Below are positions 1-9,737 of a stretch of DNA of 64,000 bases, piece after piece. The DNA comes from an uncultured Gammaproteobacteria bacterium. Its GTDB lineage: Bacteria; Pseudomonadota; Gammaproteobacteria; GCA-001735895. The position numbers were made by a program, and so were the translations under genes. The stretch is taken from positions 64,062 through 128,061 of the forward strand of contig CAVYHN010000035.1 in assembly GCA_963768295.1 (NCBI GenBank), in the 5' to 3' direction. The notes beneath the pieces are model-generated. The model saw only the letters and a list, made by a program, of their open reading frames with translations, searched no databases and was not told the origin of the DNA. Position 1 is the stretch's first letter; each line of letters begins with the position of its first letter.

Positions 1-265
1 CCACCACCAGATCGGGCTCGAAACGAATGATTTCCTCGATCGAGGCATTGTTGAGGGGTATATCGCCAACCGCATCGATCATGTAGGACATGTTGCGATC
101 CCTGGCCCAGACCGATACCGACGCGATTTGCTCGCGCTCCGCCAGCATCAACAATAGCTGGTCGGTGCAAAGCCCGATCGAGACAATTCGCTCGGGATTG
201 GCGGCCCAGACCGGCGTTGATACCAGCGCCAGCATGACGGCGATAAATCGGAAAAAAACTGACAT
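1..265 (-). CDS. ABC transporter periplasmic binding protein, BtuF/iron-siderophore type (partial, runs off window start)
   Basis: Not in the ORF track. Manual translation from ATG at 265: MSVFFRFIAVMLALVSTPVWAANPERIVSIGLCTDQLLLMLAEREQIASVS...EEIIRFEPDLVV. Signal peptide plus RIVSxxLCTDQLL and EEIIxxxPDLV motifs typical of BtuF-like proteins. Confidence 0.75.
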   Translation of the reverse strand, partial: MSVFFRFIAVMLALVSTPVWAANPERIVSIGLCTDQLLLMLAEREQIASVSVWARDRNMSYMIDAVGDIPLNNASIEEIIRFEPDLVV

Positions 266-436
266 AGCCCTGTTGGCCCTGATGACCCGCGTTATTGTCC
301 TGATTGACACACCAAGGTAAAGCAATCTCTGGCATATTGCGACAAGCCCCATTACCGATAAACGGTCATGATTTGGCTCTGAATGGTCATATGACGGCCT
401 GATTAGCAACTATGCTTAAGCTTCACCGTATAAATA

Positions 437-452
437 TGTGAAGCGCATCACA
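437..452. promoter_or_regulatory. CRP/Vfr-type binding site
   Basis: TGTGA-agcgca-TCACA, a perfect TGTGA-N6-TCACA match with an AT-rich left flank, about 90 bp upstream of the DUF1631 gene. Confidence 0.65.
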
Positions 453-544
453 CCAGCAGATACACCCCAATACGGCAAATTTCCGGACCACTGACACGCG
501 CATTGGCAGGCCTCCGGAAAGATGGCGAGGAAGACAGGATTCAA

Positions 545-3025
545 ATGGCAGTACCAAAACTCGAAGTCGTTGGCTCAGCTGGCGGAAACAACCCCATCTA
601 TAGTTCGGTCAAACGATTTGCGCTCGAAGGGCTCAATGATTTGATCCGGGTACTGATGGAAAGCGTCGACGATGCGCTGTTCGAGTTATCGGACAAGGTC
701 GACAACGATCGCGAACGCAACATGTATTTCGAAGCCATGCGCGAGATACGCCTGAAACGCGACGGCCTGAAACAACATTTTGATTATGAAATGAAGCTGC
801 GTTTCGATGGCTTCGTCAAGGGTAAGGGCGCAACCCAGGACCTCGACGACGAGGACGAATTGACGCTGGTGGAGCTTGAAGATCTCGAAGACAGCATCGC
901 CATCGACAACATGATTTCCAAGGCACGTCCGCATTTCGAAGACGATTTATTCGCGGTTACCGAAAGACTCAAGCTGGTCTTGCGCCGCAAGGAAATCGAG
1001 GAAGATGAAAACCCGCTCGATCCAAAAGCCATTTGCGACAGTTTTCACAAGGCATCCGACCTGCTGGATTCCGATATCCAGGTCAAGCTGATCTTATACA
1101 AGCTGTTCGACCGCTACGTGATGAATAATCTGGGCCATTTTTACAAGGAAGTGAACGATCTCTTTGTGAAAAAAGGCGTGCTGCCGGGATTCAAGGCCGA
1201 CCAGGAACGCATGAAGCAGACCACCCGTTTCATGGCGAACCGGATCAGGAACAAGGCGCCGGAACTGACCACGGTCGCCGTTCCCGGTTTAACGCTTGGC
1301 ACGAATCCAGGCATGCCCGGCGCTGCCCAGGCTGGCGATGGCGGAAATCTGTTCGCGGCGCTACAGCAGGCGGTGACCGGTGCCGCGGGCCTGGCCGGCG
1401 GCCCGACCGGTGCCGGCGGCGATGTTTTTGAACCTGCCGGTGGCATGGTGCCGGGCGGTGGTGGCATGGTGCCGGGCGGTGGCACCATGGCAGGCGCGCA
1501 GGCAGGCACTGCTGGAACCGGTTTCGTCGCCGCGCTCAACAGCCTGCAGGCCGCCAGCATTCCATCGCAGCCGGTTACGGCGATCGATCCGCAGAATCTC
1601 AAGGCGGCAACCCATCAGCAGCTGGTTGATTTCAAGCAGCAAAATCAGCACCAGGTAAATTCGGCTGACGGTCAAACTATCGACGTCGTGTCGATGTTGT
1701 TTGATTTCTTTTTCGATGACGAGGCCCTGCCCGCCCCGATCAAGGTTTTGATCGGTCGTTTGCAGATTCCGATTCTCAAGGTCGCCATTCTCGACAAGGA
1801 ATTTTTCAACCAGAAGAAACACCCCGCGCGCAAATTGCTCGACAGCATTTCCCGGGCGTCGCTCGGCTGGGACGACAGTCACAAGGATCAAGCGGCGCTA
1901 ATCGAAAAAATCGAGGAGGTGGTCAATTTCCTGATCAACGAATTCGGCGAGGATATCGGGGTTTTCGAAGAGGCGTTCATCAATTTCGAAAATTTCCTGC
2001 TCAAGGAAGAAGAAGTAATCCAGGTCGCGGAAGAATCGCTGTGGCAGCAGGAGCAGCAAAAAGACCTTCAGATTCAGCAGGCCCAGGACTCGGCCGCCGC
2101 GTTAATCAACAAGCTGACGAAAAACCAGGAGCTGAGCTTCGAGGTAATCGATTTTCTCGAGACAACCTGGACTTCAGTACTGTTCAACGCTTACCTGTCG
2201 CTAGGCGAGACGTCCAATCACTGGCGCAACCTGAAACGTATCTCGACTACTTTTGTCTGGACGCTGCTCCCGAAACACACCGAGGCGGAACGCGTCAAGA
2301 TCATCAAGACCATACCGGCCCTGTTGCGCGCGCTTTCCAAGGGTATGGAACTGGTCAAGATCAGCACCGAGGTGCAAAACCGGATTTTCCAGATACTGGC
2401 GCAGGAGCACGCCAAAATCGTCAAGCAGACCTCGAAAAATATCGTTACCCGCGTCGACGACCAAACCGTCTGGCCCGATAACGACGCCGCCATGGAACTG
2501 GCCTCGGCAGCAAACTTCGACCCTAACGAGAACCCTGATTTTGAATTCAACGCGGATAATATCGGTGGAATTGAAGTCTTTGAAGACGAAATCGATGACG
2601 ATTCGATTACGATAATCGACGCCACCGATACCAACGACGTCATCGAAGACCTCAACCAGTTCGCCATCGGCGTCAAGCAGGGAGAAATCACGGTCGATGA
2701 AGAGATTATTCTGAGCACGGATGAAGGCGACGAATTCGACCTGATCGAGGAACACGATCATTTCCTGCAACAGGCCGAGGCGCTGCCAATCGGTTCATGG
2801 CTGGAGTTTAACGAATCGGATTCAAAAATCCTGATGGCGCGCCTGTCCTGGAAAAGCAACGTCAGCGGCAACTTCGTTTTCGTCAACCGCCAGGGCCACA
2901 AGGTACGCAACATGACGACTCACGCCCTTGCCGTGGAACTGCGCGTCGGCAGCGCCAAATGCATCGAATCCTCCTCGGTGTTCGATCGCGCGATTTACAC
3001 CATCATGTCTAAAATGCAGCACTGA
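545..3025 (+). CDS. DUF1631 family protein
   Basis: Long ORF with family motifs (IDVVSMLFDFF, IGRLQIPILKVAILDKEFF..HPARKLL, C-terminal GSWLEF..RLSW..FVNRQG..FDRA). ATG at 545 preferred over TTG at 503. Confidence 0.8.
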   Translation: MAVPKLEVVGSAGGNNPIYSSVKRFALEGLNDLIRVLMESVDDALFELSDKVDNDRERNMYFEAMREIRLKRDGLKQHFDYEMKLRFDGFVKGKGATQDLDDEDELTLVELEDLEDSIAIDNMISKARPHFEDDLFAVTERLKLVLRRKEIEEDENPLDPKAICDSFHKASDLLDSDIQVKLILYKLFDRYVMNNLGHFYKEVNDLFVKKGVLPGFKADQERMKQTTRFMANRIRNKAPELTTVAVPGLTLGTNPGMPGAAQAGDGGNLFAALQQAVTGAAGLAGGPTGAGGDVFEPAGGMVPGGGGMVPGGGTMAGAQAGTAGTGFVAALNSLQAASIPSQPVTAIDPQNLKAATHQQLVDFKQQNQHQVNSADGQTIDVVSMLFDFFFDDEALPAPIKVLIGRLQIPILKVAILDKEFFNQKKHPARKLLDSISRASLGWDDSHKDQAALIEKIEEVVNFLINEFGEDIGVFEEAFINFENFLLKEEEVIQVAEESLWQQEQQKDLQIQQAQDSAAALINKLTKNQELSFEVIDFLETTWTSVLFNAYLSLGETSNHWRNLKRISTTFVWTLLPKHTEAERVKIIKTIPALLRALSKGMELVKISTEVQNRIFQILAQEHAKIVKQTSKNIVTRVDDQTVWPDNDAAMELASAANFDPNENPDFEFNADNIGGIEVFEDEIDDDSITIIDATDTNDVIEDLNQFAIGVKQGEITVDEEIILSTDEGDEFDLIEEHDHFLQQAEALPIGSWLEFNESDSKILMARLSWKSNVSGNFVFVNRQGHKVRNMTTHALAVELRVGSAKCIESSSVFDRAIYTIMSKMQH
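1439..1480 (+). repeat. In-frame 21-bp tandem duplication (GGMVPGG x2)
   Basis: ggtggcatggtgccgggcggt repeated perfectly twice inside the Gly/Ala/Pro-rich linker of the DUF1631 gene. Confidence 0.9.
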
Positions 3026-3113
3026 GACAGCGGCCGGCCCCGACCCTCGGCATCGACGGAAGCCGGTGGCGTGGCCAGAGTCAAACTGTTTTCTGTGTCA
3101 GCGGGATAACAAC

Positions 3114-3950
3114 ATGCACTTCTGCCGACAACTGACCACCATGGGTCTGACACTGGTATTACTGGGCTGGTTTTCGCTGCTGCAGGCCGCGCCCTCGGCC
3201 AAACTATGGGAGCGCTGGAACGCTTTTGACCCCGATTCAACCGCGACCATCGATCATCAAGCCTGGAACAACTGGCTCGGACGTTTCGTATCTGCCGGTC
3301 CCGACGGCGTCAACCTGGTCGCCTACGCCAGCGTCACTGCGACCGATCGAGCGCTGCTAAGAACTTACATAGATGAACTGACATCGCTGCAAATAGGCGC
3401 CTACAACCGCGATCAACAGCGCGCCTACTGGATCAATCTGTATAACGCGCTGACCGTCGACGTCGTGCTCGAACAGTATCCGCTGGACAGCATTCGCGAT
3501 ATTTCCCCGGGGTTTTTCTCATCCGGACCCTGGCGTCTGAAACTGGCAACGATCGACGACGCAGCGCTGACACTGGACGACATCGAACACCGAATTCTGC
3601 GTCCGATCTGGCAAGACCCGCGCATCCACTACGCGCTCAATTGCGCCTCGCTGGGCTGTCCCAACCTGCAACCCGTCGCCTTTACCGCGGAAAATACCGA
3701 AACGCTGCTGCAAACGGCGGCCATGGAGTTCATCAACAGCCCTCGCGGTGCGCGCGTTATCGACAACAAGCTGCAGGTCTCGAGTATTTACGACTGGTTC
3801 GAAAAAGATTTCGGCGGCAACGAAGCCGGCGTCATCAGGCATTTGCAGCAGTACGCCTCGGGCACGCTGGCGACAGCGCTTAGCGCTATCGAAGATATCA
3901 GCGATTACGCCTACGACTGGCAAATCAATGCACGGCTAGAATCGAACTAG
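3114..3950 (+). CDS. DUF547 domain-containing exported protein
   Basis: AYWINLYNALT, LDDIEHRILR, DPRIHYALNCASLGCP, SSIYDWF and YDW motifs; N-terminal signal peptide. Confidence 0.85.
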   Translation: MHFCRQLTTMGLTLVLLGWFSLLQAAPSAKLWERWNAFDPDSTATIDHQAWNNWLGRFVSAGPDGVNLVAYASVTATDRALLRTYIDELTSLQIGAYNRDQQRAYWINLYNALTVDVVLEQYPLDSIRDISPGFFSSGPWRLKLATIDDAALTLDDIEHRILRPIWQDPRIHYALNCASLGCPNLQPVAFTAENTETLLQTAAMEFINSPRGARVIDNKLQVSSIYDWFEKDFGGNEAGVIRHLQQYASGTLATALSAIEDISDYAYDWQINARLESN

Positions 3951-4120
3951 CCGAAGCCCAGAGCTCTGCCAGCAACAGTCATTCCGGCTCATGGCAACTC
4001 GATTCATTTGCGGGATACGGTTAATACGGCTAACTGGCGCGGTAACCAATTTGTAGTTCACCGGGCTATCAAACCAAAGTATGCTTCAGGGTCACAGTGT
4101 AAACCTGAAACATTATTCTC

Positions 4121-5560
4121 ATGAGCCATTCGAACAGCCTGCGCAAAACCAAGATCGTTGCCACCATCGGCCCGGCCAGTGATGCGCCCGAAATTCTGCA
4201 GCAGATGATCGCCGCGGGGATGAATGTCGCGCGCCTGAACCTGTCTCATGGAACCTACGAGGAGCACCAGGCACGCCTCGACCGGATCCGCGATACCGCC
4301 AACGAAATGGGAGTGCAGCTGGCAATCATGGTCGACACCCGGGGCATCGAGGTTCGTACCGGCAAACTCAGTGGCGGTTCGGTAGAGTTGCTGCGCGGCG
4401 AGAAATTTACCCTGTACACGGATGGACGCAACGGCGACGGCGACGGGGTTTCAGTGACCTATAAAAACCTGCCCGCGGAAGTGGAAGCGGGCACCCCGAT
4501 TCTACTCGACGACGGCGCTATCGAGCTGGAGGTTGCCTCGGTTGCGGGTAACGATATCACCTGCCAGGTCATCCATGGCGGCGTCCTGACGGAAAACAAG
4601 AGTGTCAACCTGCCCGACACCGAGCTCGCGGTCAACGCGGTGAGCCCTGAATTCAGGGATGATATCGTCAGGGAAATCACCTTCGCCGCAGACAACGATG
4701 TGGACTACCTGGCGGCATCTTTCGTGCAAAGTGCGGATGATATTCACCGTATCCGGGATATCTTTCTGGAGACCGACCGGCGCACGCCGATCATCGCCAA
4801 GATCGAGAATAAAGCCGGCATCAAGAACCTGGAAGAAATCGTCAAGGCGGCAGATGGGGTCATGGTGGCGCGCGGCGACCTCGGCGTCGAACTGCCGCTG
4901 GCGGAAGTGCCGGGGTTCCAGAAGAAAATCATTCGTATCACGGTAATGAACGGCAAGCCCGTGATTACCGCGACCGAGATGCTCGCTTCCATGGAACGCA
5001 ATCCCAAACCCACTCGCGCCGAGGCCAGCGACGTGGCCAACGCCATTCTCGACGGCACCTCGGCGGTTATGCTCTCGGGCGAGACCGCGATCGGGAAATT
5101 CCCGGTTCAGGCGGTGCAAACCATGTCCATACTCGCCCAACGAACGGAGGCATCCCTGGGCGAATATGGTTACCTGCAGAAAACGCGCATGGACCCGGTC
5201 AATATCATTCCCGAGGTGGTCAGCCAGTCGGCGGTAAAGATGGCGGAAAAGCTCAAGGCCGTTGCCATCTTCAGCCTCACCGAAACCGGCTTCACCTCCC
5301 GCCTGATCTCCAAGAATCGCCCGGACTGTCCGATCCTGGCAGTCACCTATTCCGAACTGGTGGCGCGACGCCTGTCGATGAACTGGGGCGTGATACCGCT
5401 ACTCTGCGAGGAAGGCGGTAACGATGAGGCCAAGCTGAGTTTCGCGATCAACCGGGCCATGGAGCTTGAGTACCTCAAGGCCGGGGATGTGGTCGTCGTC
5501 ACCGCGGGCACCCAGCACCGGGTCGGCGGCACTGACCTTATCCGGGTTTTAAAAGTATAA
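4121..5560 (+). CDS. pyk: Pyruvate kinase
   Basis: RKTKIVATIGPAS, RLNLSHG, IIAKIE, DGVMVARGDLGVE, PTRAEASDVANAILDGTSAVMLSGETA. Confidence 0.97.
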   Translation: MSHSNSLRKTKIVATIGPASDAPEILQQMIAAGMNVARLNLSHGTYEEHQARLDRIRDTANEMGVQLAIMVDTRGIEVRTGKLSGGSVELLRGEKFTLYTDGRNGDGDGVSVTYKNLPAEVEAGTPILLDDGAIELEVASVAGNDITCQVIHGGVLTENKSVNLPDTELAVNAVSPEFRDDIVREITFAADNDVDYLAASFVQSADDIHRIRDIFLETDRRTPIIAKIENKAGIKNLEEIVKAADGVMVARGDLGVELPLAEVPGFQKKIIRITVMNGKPVITATEMLASMERNPKPTRAEASDVANAILDGTSAVMLSGETAIGKFPVQAVQTMSILAQRTEASLGEYGYLQKTRMDPVNIIPEVVSQSAVKMAEKLKAVAIFSLTETGFTSRLISKNRPDCPILAVTYSELVARRLSMNWGVIPLLCEEGGNDEAKLSFAINRAMELEYLKAGDVVVVTAGTQHRVGGTDLIRVLKV

Positions 5561-5791
5561 GCCCGCATTACTTACCTGCGGCCGGGGTTCTGCTCCTTTA
5601 CACGCTGGACCGGCGGGAATATCTGCGTCTCGGCGGCAGTATGCGGGTCCGACGAAACTGGCGAAGACCAGGTTTATCTGAGAGTCGGCGGCGCGTTTTG
5701 AGTATCGATCGGTGCCTTTGCTTGGCCAAACTTGATTACCGGCCCCGCGCCCATAGATGGGTACCCATTGATCCATCCCGGAGGATTTGAA

Positions 5792-6178
5792 ATGAGCTAC
5801 ACCATAGACCGCGTTATCGACGACGCCGATTTCGAAGAAGTCGATAGCAGAACCCGAGCCGCGCTGGCCACTCACGGCTTCGGCGTTTTGACCGAGATTG
5901 ACGTCAAGGCGACGATGAAGAAGAAAATCGACGTCGATATGGACCCCTACCGCATCCTCGGCGCCTGCAACCCGCACATGGCGCACCAGGCTATCGGCAT
6001 GGAACCCAAAATCGGCGCCATGCTGCCCTGTAACGTCATCCTGCGACAGGTCGAAGGCGGTATCCAGGTCAGCGCCATCGATCCGCTGGCGTCGATGCAG
6101 GCCATCGATAACGACGATCTGAAATCGGTTGCCGGCGAGGTGCGTGACATGCTGGCCGAAGTGGTGCGGGAAATCTGA
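5792..6178 (+). CDS. DUF302 domain-containing protein
   Basis: GFGVLTEIDV..YRILGACNP..MLPCNV motifs; GGAGG RBS before ATG 5792. Confidence 0.9.
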   Translation: MSYTIDRVIDDADFEEVDSRTRAALATHGFGVLTEIDVKATMKKKIDVDMDPYRILGACNPHMAHQAIGMEPKIGAMLPCNVILRQVEGGIQVSAIDPLASMQAIDNDDLKSVAGEVRDMLAEVVREI

Positions 6179-6184
6179 TCTCGC

Positions 6185-7372
6185 CTAGCTTTCCTGGTTC
6201 GAGATCGCTTTAACCAGGTCTGTGAGGCGCTCGAGCTGGGAATCCTGGTTGTAGTAGTGCACCGAGGAACGCACCAGGTCGGGCAAATGCCTTCGCGTGG
6301 CATCGATTAAGGTACTGCTGGGCGAACTCATGCTGACGTGGACGCCCGCTTGTCTGAGCCTGGTTTCGACCTCGGTGGCTTCGACGCCCGCGACCGAAAA
6401 GGTCACAATACCGCATTTACGCTTGCCGATATCGTGCACGGTCACGCCGTCGATTTCGGCCAGCATCGCTCTCAGTTTATCCGCCAGCCGGGTAACTTCC
6501 GCCGCAATATTCTCCAGACCGATATCGAGCGCGTAGTCGATAGCGCGGCCCAGGCCAAGCCTGGCGGCGTAATTGTTTTCCCAGTTCTCAAAGCGGCGCG
6601 CATCCGGGCGCAGTTCGTAGTGCCCGGCATCGATCCAGGTTGCCGAAAACAGATCGATCACCGGCGGATGCAGGTCATTGAGAACTCGCTTACTAACATA
6701 CAGGAAACCGACCCCCCTCGGTCCGCGTAAAAACTTGCGTCCGGTCGCGCTCAACAGGTCGCAGCGGATCTTTTCGACATCGAGCGGAATTTGACCCGCG
6801 GACTGGCAGGCATCGACCAGATAAAGAATATCATTGGCTTGCGCGACCGCACCGATTTCCTCGACCGGATTGACCAGGCCACCGTTGGTCGGGATATGCG
6901 TGACCGAAATCAATTTAACCCGGTCGTCGATCATGGATTTCAGGGATTCGACACAAAGCTCGCCGTCGACTGTCGATGGTATGGTTTCCACAACCACCCC
7001 CTTGTCACGGGCCATCTGCAGGTAAGCGAGATAGTTCGAAGCATACTCGGCCTCGGCGGTTAGAATCCGGTCCCCGCGCTCGAACGGAATGGCGTAAAAA
7101 GCCATGGTCCAGCCGACGGTGGCGTTCTCGACGATCGCAACCTCGTCAGCGCGGCAGTTGATCAGGCGCGCGACCGAAGCGTAAACCGCTTCGAGTTGGG
7201 CACTCTTTTGCCGGGCCGCCTCGTAACCACCGACAGCCGCTTCCAGCCTGAGGTGCTCGATCTGGGTTTCCAGCACGCAACTCGGCATCAGCGCAGCGCC
7301 GGCATTGTCCAGGTGGATGATTCCGTCAGCAGACAGCAAGTCGCTGGTAACAGCTTGTTTATCGATCGTCAT
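6185..7372 (-). CDS. Aminotransferase class V-fold PLP-dependent enzyme (cysteine desulfurase/C-S lyase-like)
   Basis: HLDNAGAA, VDACQSAG, SATGRKFLRGPRG (PLP lysine), RSSVHYYN. Confidence 0.85.
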   Translation of the reverse strand: MTIDKQAVTSDLLSADGIIHLDNAGAALMPSCVLETQIEHLRLEAAVGGYEAARQKSAQLEAVYASVARLINCRADEVAIVENATVGWTMAFYAIPFERGDRILTAEAEYASNYLAYLQMARDKGVVVETIPSTVDGELCVESLKSMIDDRVKLISVTHIPTNGGLVNPVEEIGAVAQANDILYLVDACQSAGQIPLDVEKIRCDLLSATGRKFLRGPRGVGFLYVSKRVLNDLHPPVIDLFSATWIDAGHYELRPDARRFENWENNYAARLGLGRAIDYALDIGLENIAAEVTRLADKLRAMLAEIDGVTVHDIGKRKCGIVTFSVAGVEATEVETRLRQAGVHVSMSSPSSTLIDATRRHLPDLVRSSVHYYNQDSQLERLTDLVKAISNQES

Positions 7373-7406
7373 AACAGTCTCCCGAAGATTAACCTGGTGG
7401 CTCGCT

Positions 7407-8304
7407 TCAAGCCGGGCCTGAAACTGGCGCTGCGGCGCAGACCATTTCGTAGGGATAGCGCTCGCTGATGCCGCCGGTGTATTCAAAGATATCCAGTATG
7501 ACCTCGAAGGCAGAACGGGTTATCTCGACATGCGGCGTCCAGCAGCCGAGGCCCTGGTAACTCGAAATACAGGTCTCCAGCGCCGCCGGGCTGACACCCG
7601 GAAACCAGGACTGCTGCAGGGCCGCGATTTCGGCGGCCGGCGCCTGATTCAAAAACTCGCGGGTGGCCGCATAAGCACGGGTAAAAGCCCGCGCCGTATC
7701 GGTTTGCAGCCATTCATCCGATGCGGCCAGGCTGGAGAAAGCACAGGGTCCGATCTGCGGACCCACCTGCGCTACAATGCCGCCGATGTTGTCCTGTTCC
7801 AGTTGCTGCGGGTAAGGCCCCTGCTGCTGCACGTACTGCCCCTGCCCTGCACGAAAAGCCTGATCTATCGCGTCGGCACCGCCGGGGGTTAGCGTTTTTA
7901 TTTTGTCGTAATCGATGCCCGCGCGATGACAGGCGTAGCGAAACATCGCGTTCGGTTGCCCGCCGCCGAACATTACCACCTCGGCGCCCTCCAGTTTTTT
8001 CCAGGAAAAGTCGGGGTCCGACAGCACGCCCGGTAATGAAGAACCCATCCATCTCGTTGATCTGGGCAAAATGCCGCGGGTACCCGGTTTCACCCCTGGC
8101 GATCGCGTTAAACGCCTGACTCGGCGCCGATTGCACCACGTCGGCAGAGCCGTCGCTAATCGATTCGGTCGCCGGTTTGCCGGACGGCGACACCGACCAT
8201 TCGAAATCGAGACCTTCCTGTTTCAGGAAGCCGCCCGCCATGCTCAGTATCAGCGGCGAGTAGAACGCCGAAAACAACGTAAACTGAATTTTTATCTTGC
8301 TCAT
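7407..8304 (-). pseudogene. NMT1/TauA-like ABC substrate-binding protein, frameshifted near 8025 (possible sequencing error)
   Basis: ORFs 7714..8346 (N-half: FSAFYSPLI..FAQINEMDGFFITGR) and 7407..8093 (C-half: DPDFSWKKLEG..CAFSSLAAS) join into one protein of about 298 aa if one base is removed. Confidence 0.75.
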
Positions 8305-8332
8305 GTACTTTCCTCCTCGCCCGTGGCGAGCT

Positions 8333-9721
8333 TCAGGTGACCTCAAACCAGGTCAGCATACCGCCAGCCATGTGTTCGACCATGTGGCAGTGGATTAGCC
8401 ATTTACCCGGATTATCGGCGACGAACTGCATCGCTCCGCGCTCACCGCGCTGGAACAACATGGTATCGCGCCACCATTGCGGATTTTTGTCGTGCATAAA
8501 ATGATGCCCATGAATATGCATCGCATGCGGCCAGTTATTGTCATTGTGAACATCGAGGCTGACCGCAGTTCCCCGCCTGACGCTGAACAGGGGCTCTGCC
8601 GGCATGCCGACGATGCCATTGAACGCCCAGACTTTCTGGCGCTGCACCAGTTCGCGAATATCCATTTCCCTGCCCTCGAAAATTGCACCACGCAGGCCGC
8701 CCATGGCCCCGCCTTGCATCAGCAGCGGGACCTGTTTGAACTCGGTCGGCAAAACGATCTTGTTGACCGGGTTATCCGGTAGCCTGATCGGCGCATCCAG
8801 CAGCTGCGCGCGGCGGGCCTGCTGGCTGTAGTCGAAGCCGGCAATCTCGTAGGCGTACTCGCCGATAACCAGTTCGATGGCCGAGCGGGACCCGGGGTCC
8901 GCCGTCATATCGATGATCAGGTCGGCACGCTGACCCGGCGCGAGCACGATGCGCCCGTCCTCCGGCGTAAACGGTTCGACCGGTTGCCCGTCGATGGCAA
9001 CCACTGAAATCCCCGACTCATTGAACAACAGGTTCATGATGCGCGCATTCGCGATGTTGAGCAGGCGCAGGCGAATACGCTCGCCGCTGGCGACTTCGAA
9101 CCTGGGCTCGGCTGCGCCGTTGACGGTGATGAAATTTCCCAGGCGCCCGCCATGAGACCAGTCATGCATGGAACCGAAACTCTCGGTATCCATCTGCATT
9201 TTGCGATCCAGGCGCCAGTCGTCGAGCGCAAAAACGAGATCCTGATCGACGCGCGGAGGATTCGCTTCCTCGACGATCAATACGCCGGCCAGTCCCAGCG
9301 CAAGCTGAGCCCAGGAGCGCATGTGGCTGTGATACCAGTAGGTACCCGCGTCCGGCGGCGTCAGGCGGTATTCAAACTGCTGGCCCGGCATCACCGGCGG
9401 CTGGGTTACATCCGGCACGCCGTCCATCGCGTTATCGATGCGCAAGCCGTGCCAGTGCACCGAGGTCGGTTCGTCGAGCGCATTCTGCAGTCGGACGATC
9501 GATTCCCTGCCCTGCGGAATCCGGATCACCGGGCCCGGAATCGACTGGTTGTAATGCATCACCCGGGTTGCGTTTTCCTGGTTGTCGCCAAATACGGCCT
9601 GGCCTTTCGATGCAGTCAGTTTGAACGGGGCCGGTCCCGCCTGGCCGATTGCCGGCCTGAACAGGCTGGCGCCGAGCAGGCCGGCCGCGCTGGCCTTGAT
9701 AAACTGTCTGCGGTCAGGCAT
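8333..9721 (-). CDS. Tat-exported multicopper oxidase
   Basis: RRQFIK Tat motif; HWHG, WYHSH, HAMHIHGH and HCHMVEHMAGGM copper sites. Confidence 0.93.
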   Translation of the reverse strand: MPDRRQFIKASAAGLLGASLFRPAIGQAGPAPFKLTASKGQAVFGDNQENATRVMHYNQSIPGPVIRIPQGRESIVRLQNALDEPTSVHWHGLRIDNAMDGVPDVTQPPVMPGQQFEYRLTPPDAGTYWYHSHMRSWAQLALGLAGVLIVEEANPPRVDQDLVFALDDWRLDRKMQMDTESFGSMHDWSHGGRLGNFITVNGAAEPRFEVASGERIRLRLLNIANARIMNLLFNESGISVVAIDGQPVEPFTPEDGRIVLAPGQRADLIIDMTADPGSRSAIELVIGEYAYEIAGFDYSQQARRAQLLDAPIRLPDNPVNKIVLPTEFKQVPLLMQGGAMGGLRGAIFEGREMDIRELVQRQKVWAFNGIVGMPAEPLFSVRRGTAVSLDVHNDNNWPHAMHIHGHHFMHDKNPQWWRDTMLFQRGERGAMQFVADNPGKWLIHCHMVEHMAGGMLTWFEVT

Positions 9722-9737
9722 CAGGCTATCCGTTCCG

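Noticed and set aside
90-320. 76-aa plus-strand ORF
   Set aside because: Shadow of the minus-strand BtuF-like gene at 1-265.
266-430. Cobalamin riboswitch upstream of the BtuF-like gene
   Set aside because: No B12-box or other conserved core motifs found on the minus strand.
5561-5790. Intergenic stretch with coding-like fragments (..ETGEDQVYLRVGGAF*)
   Set aside because: Too short and degenerate to assign without BLASTX; no start or RBS.
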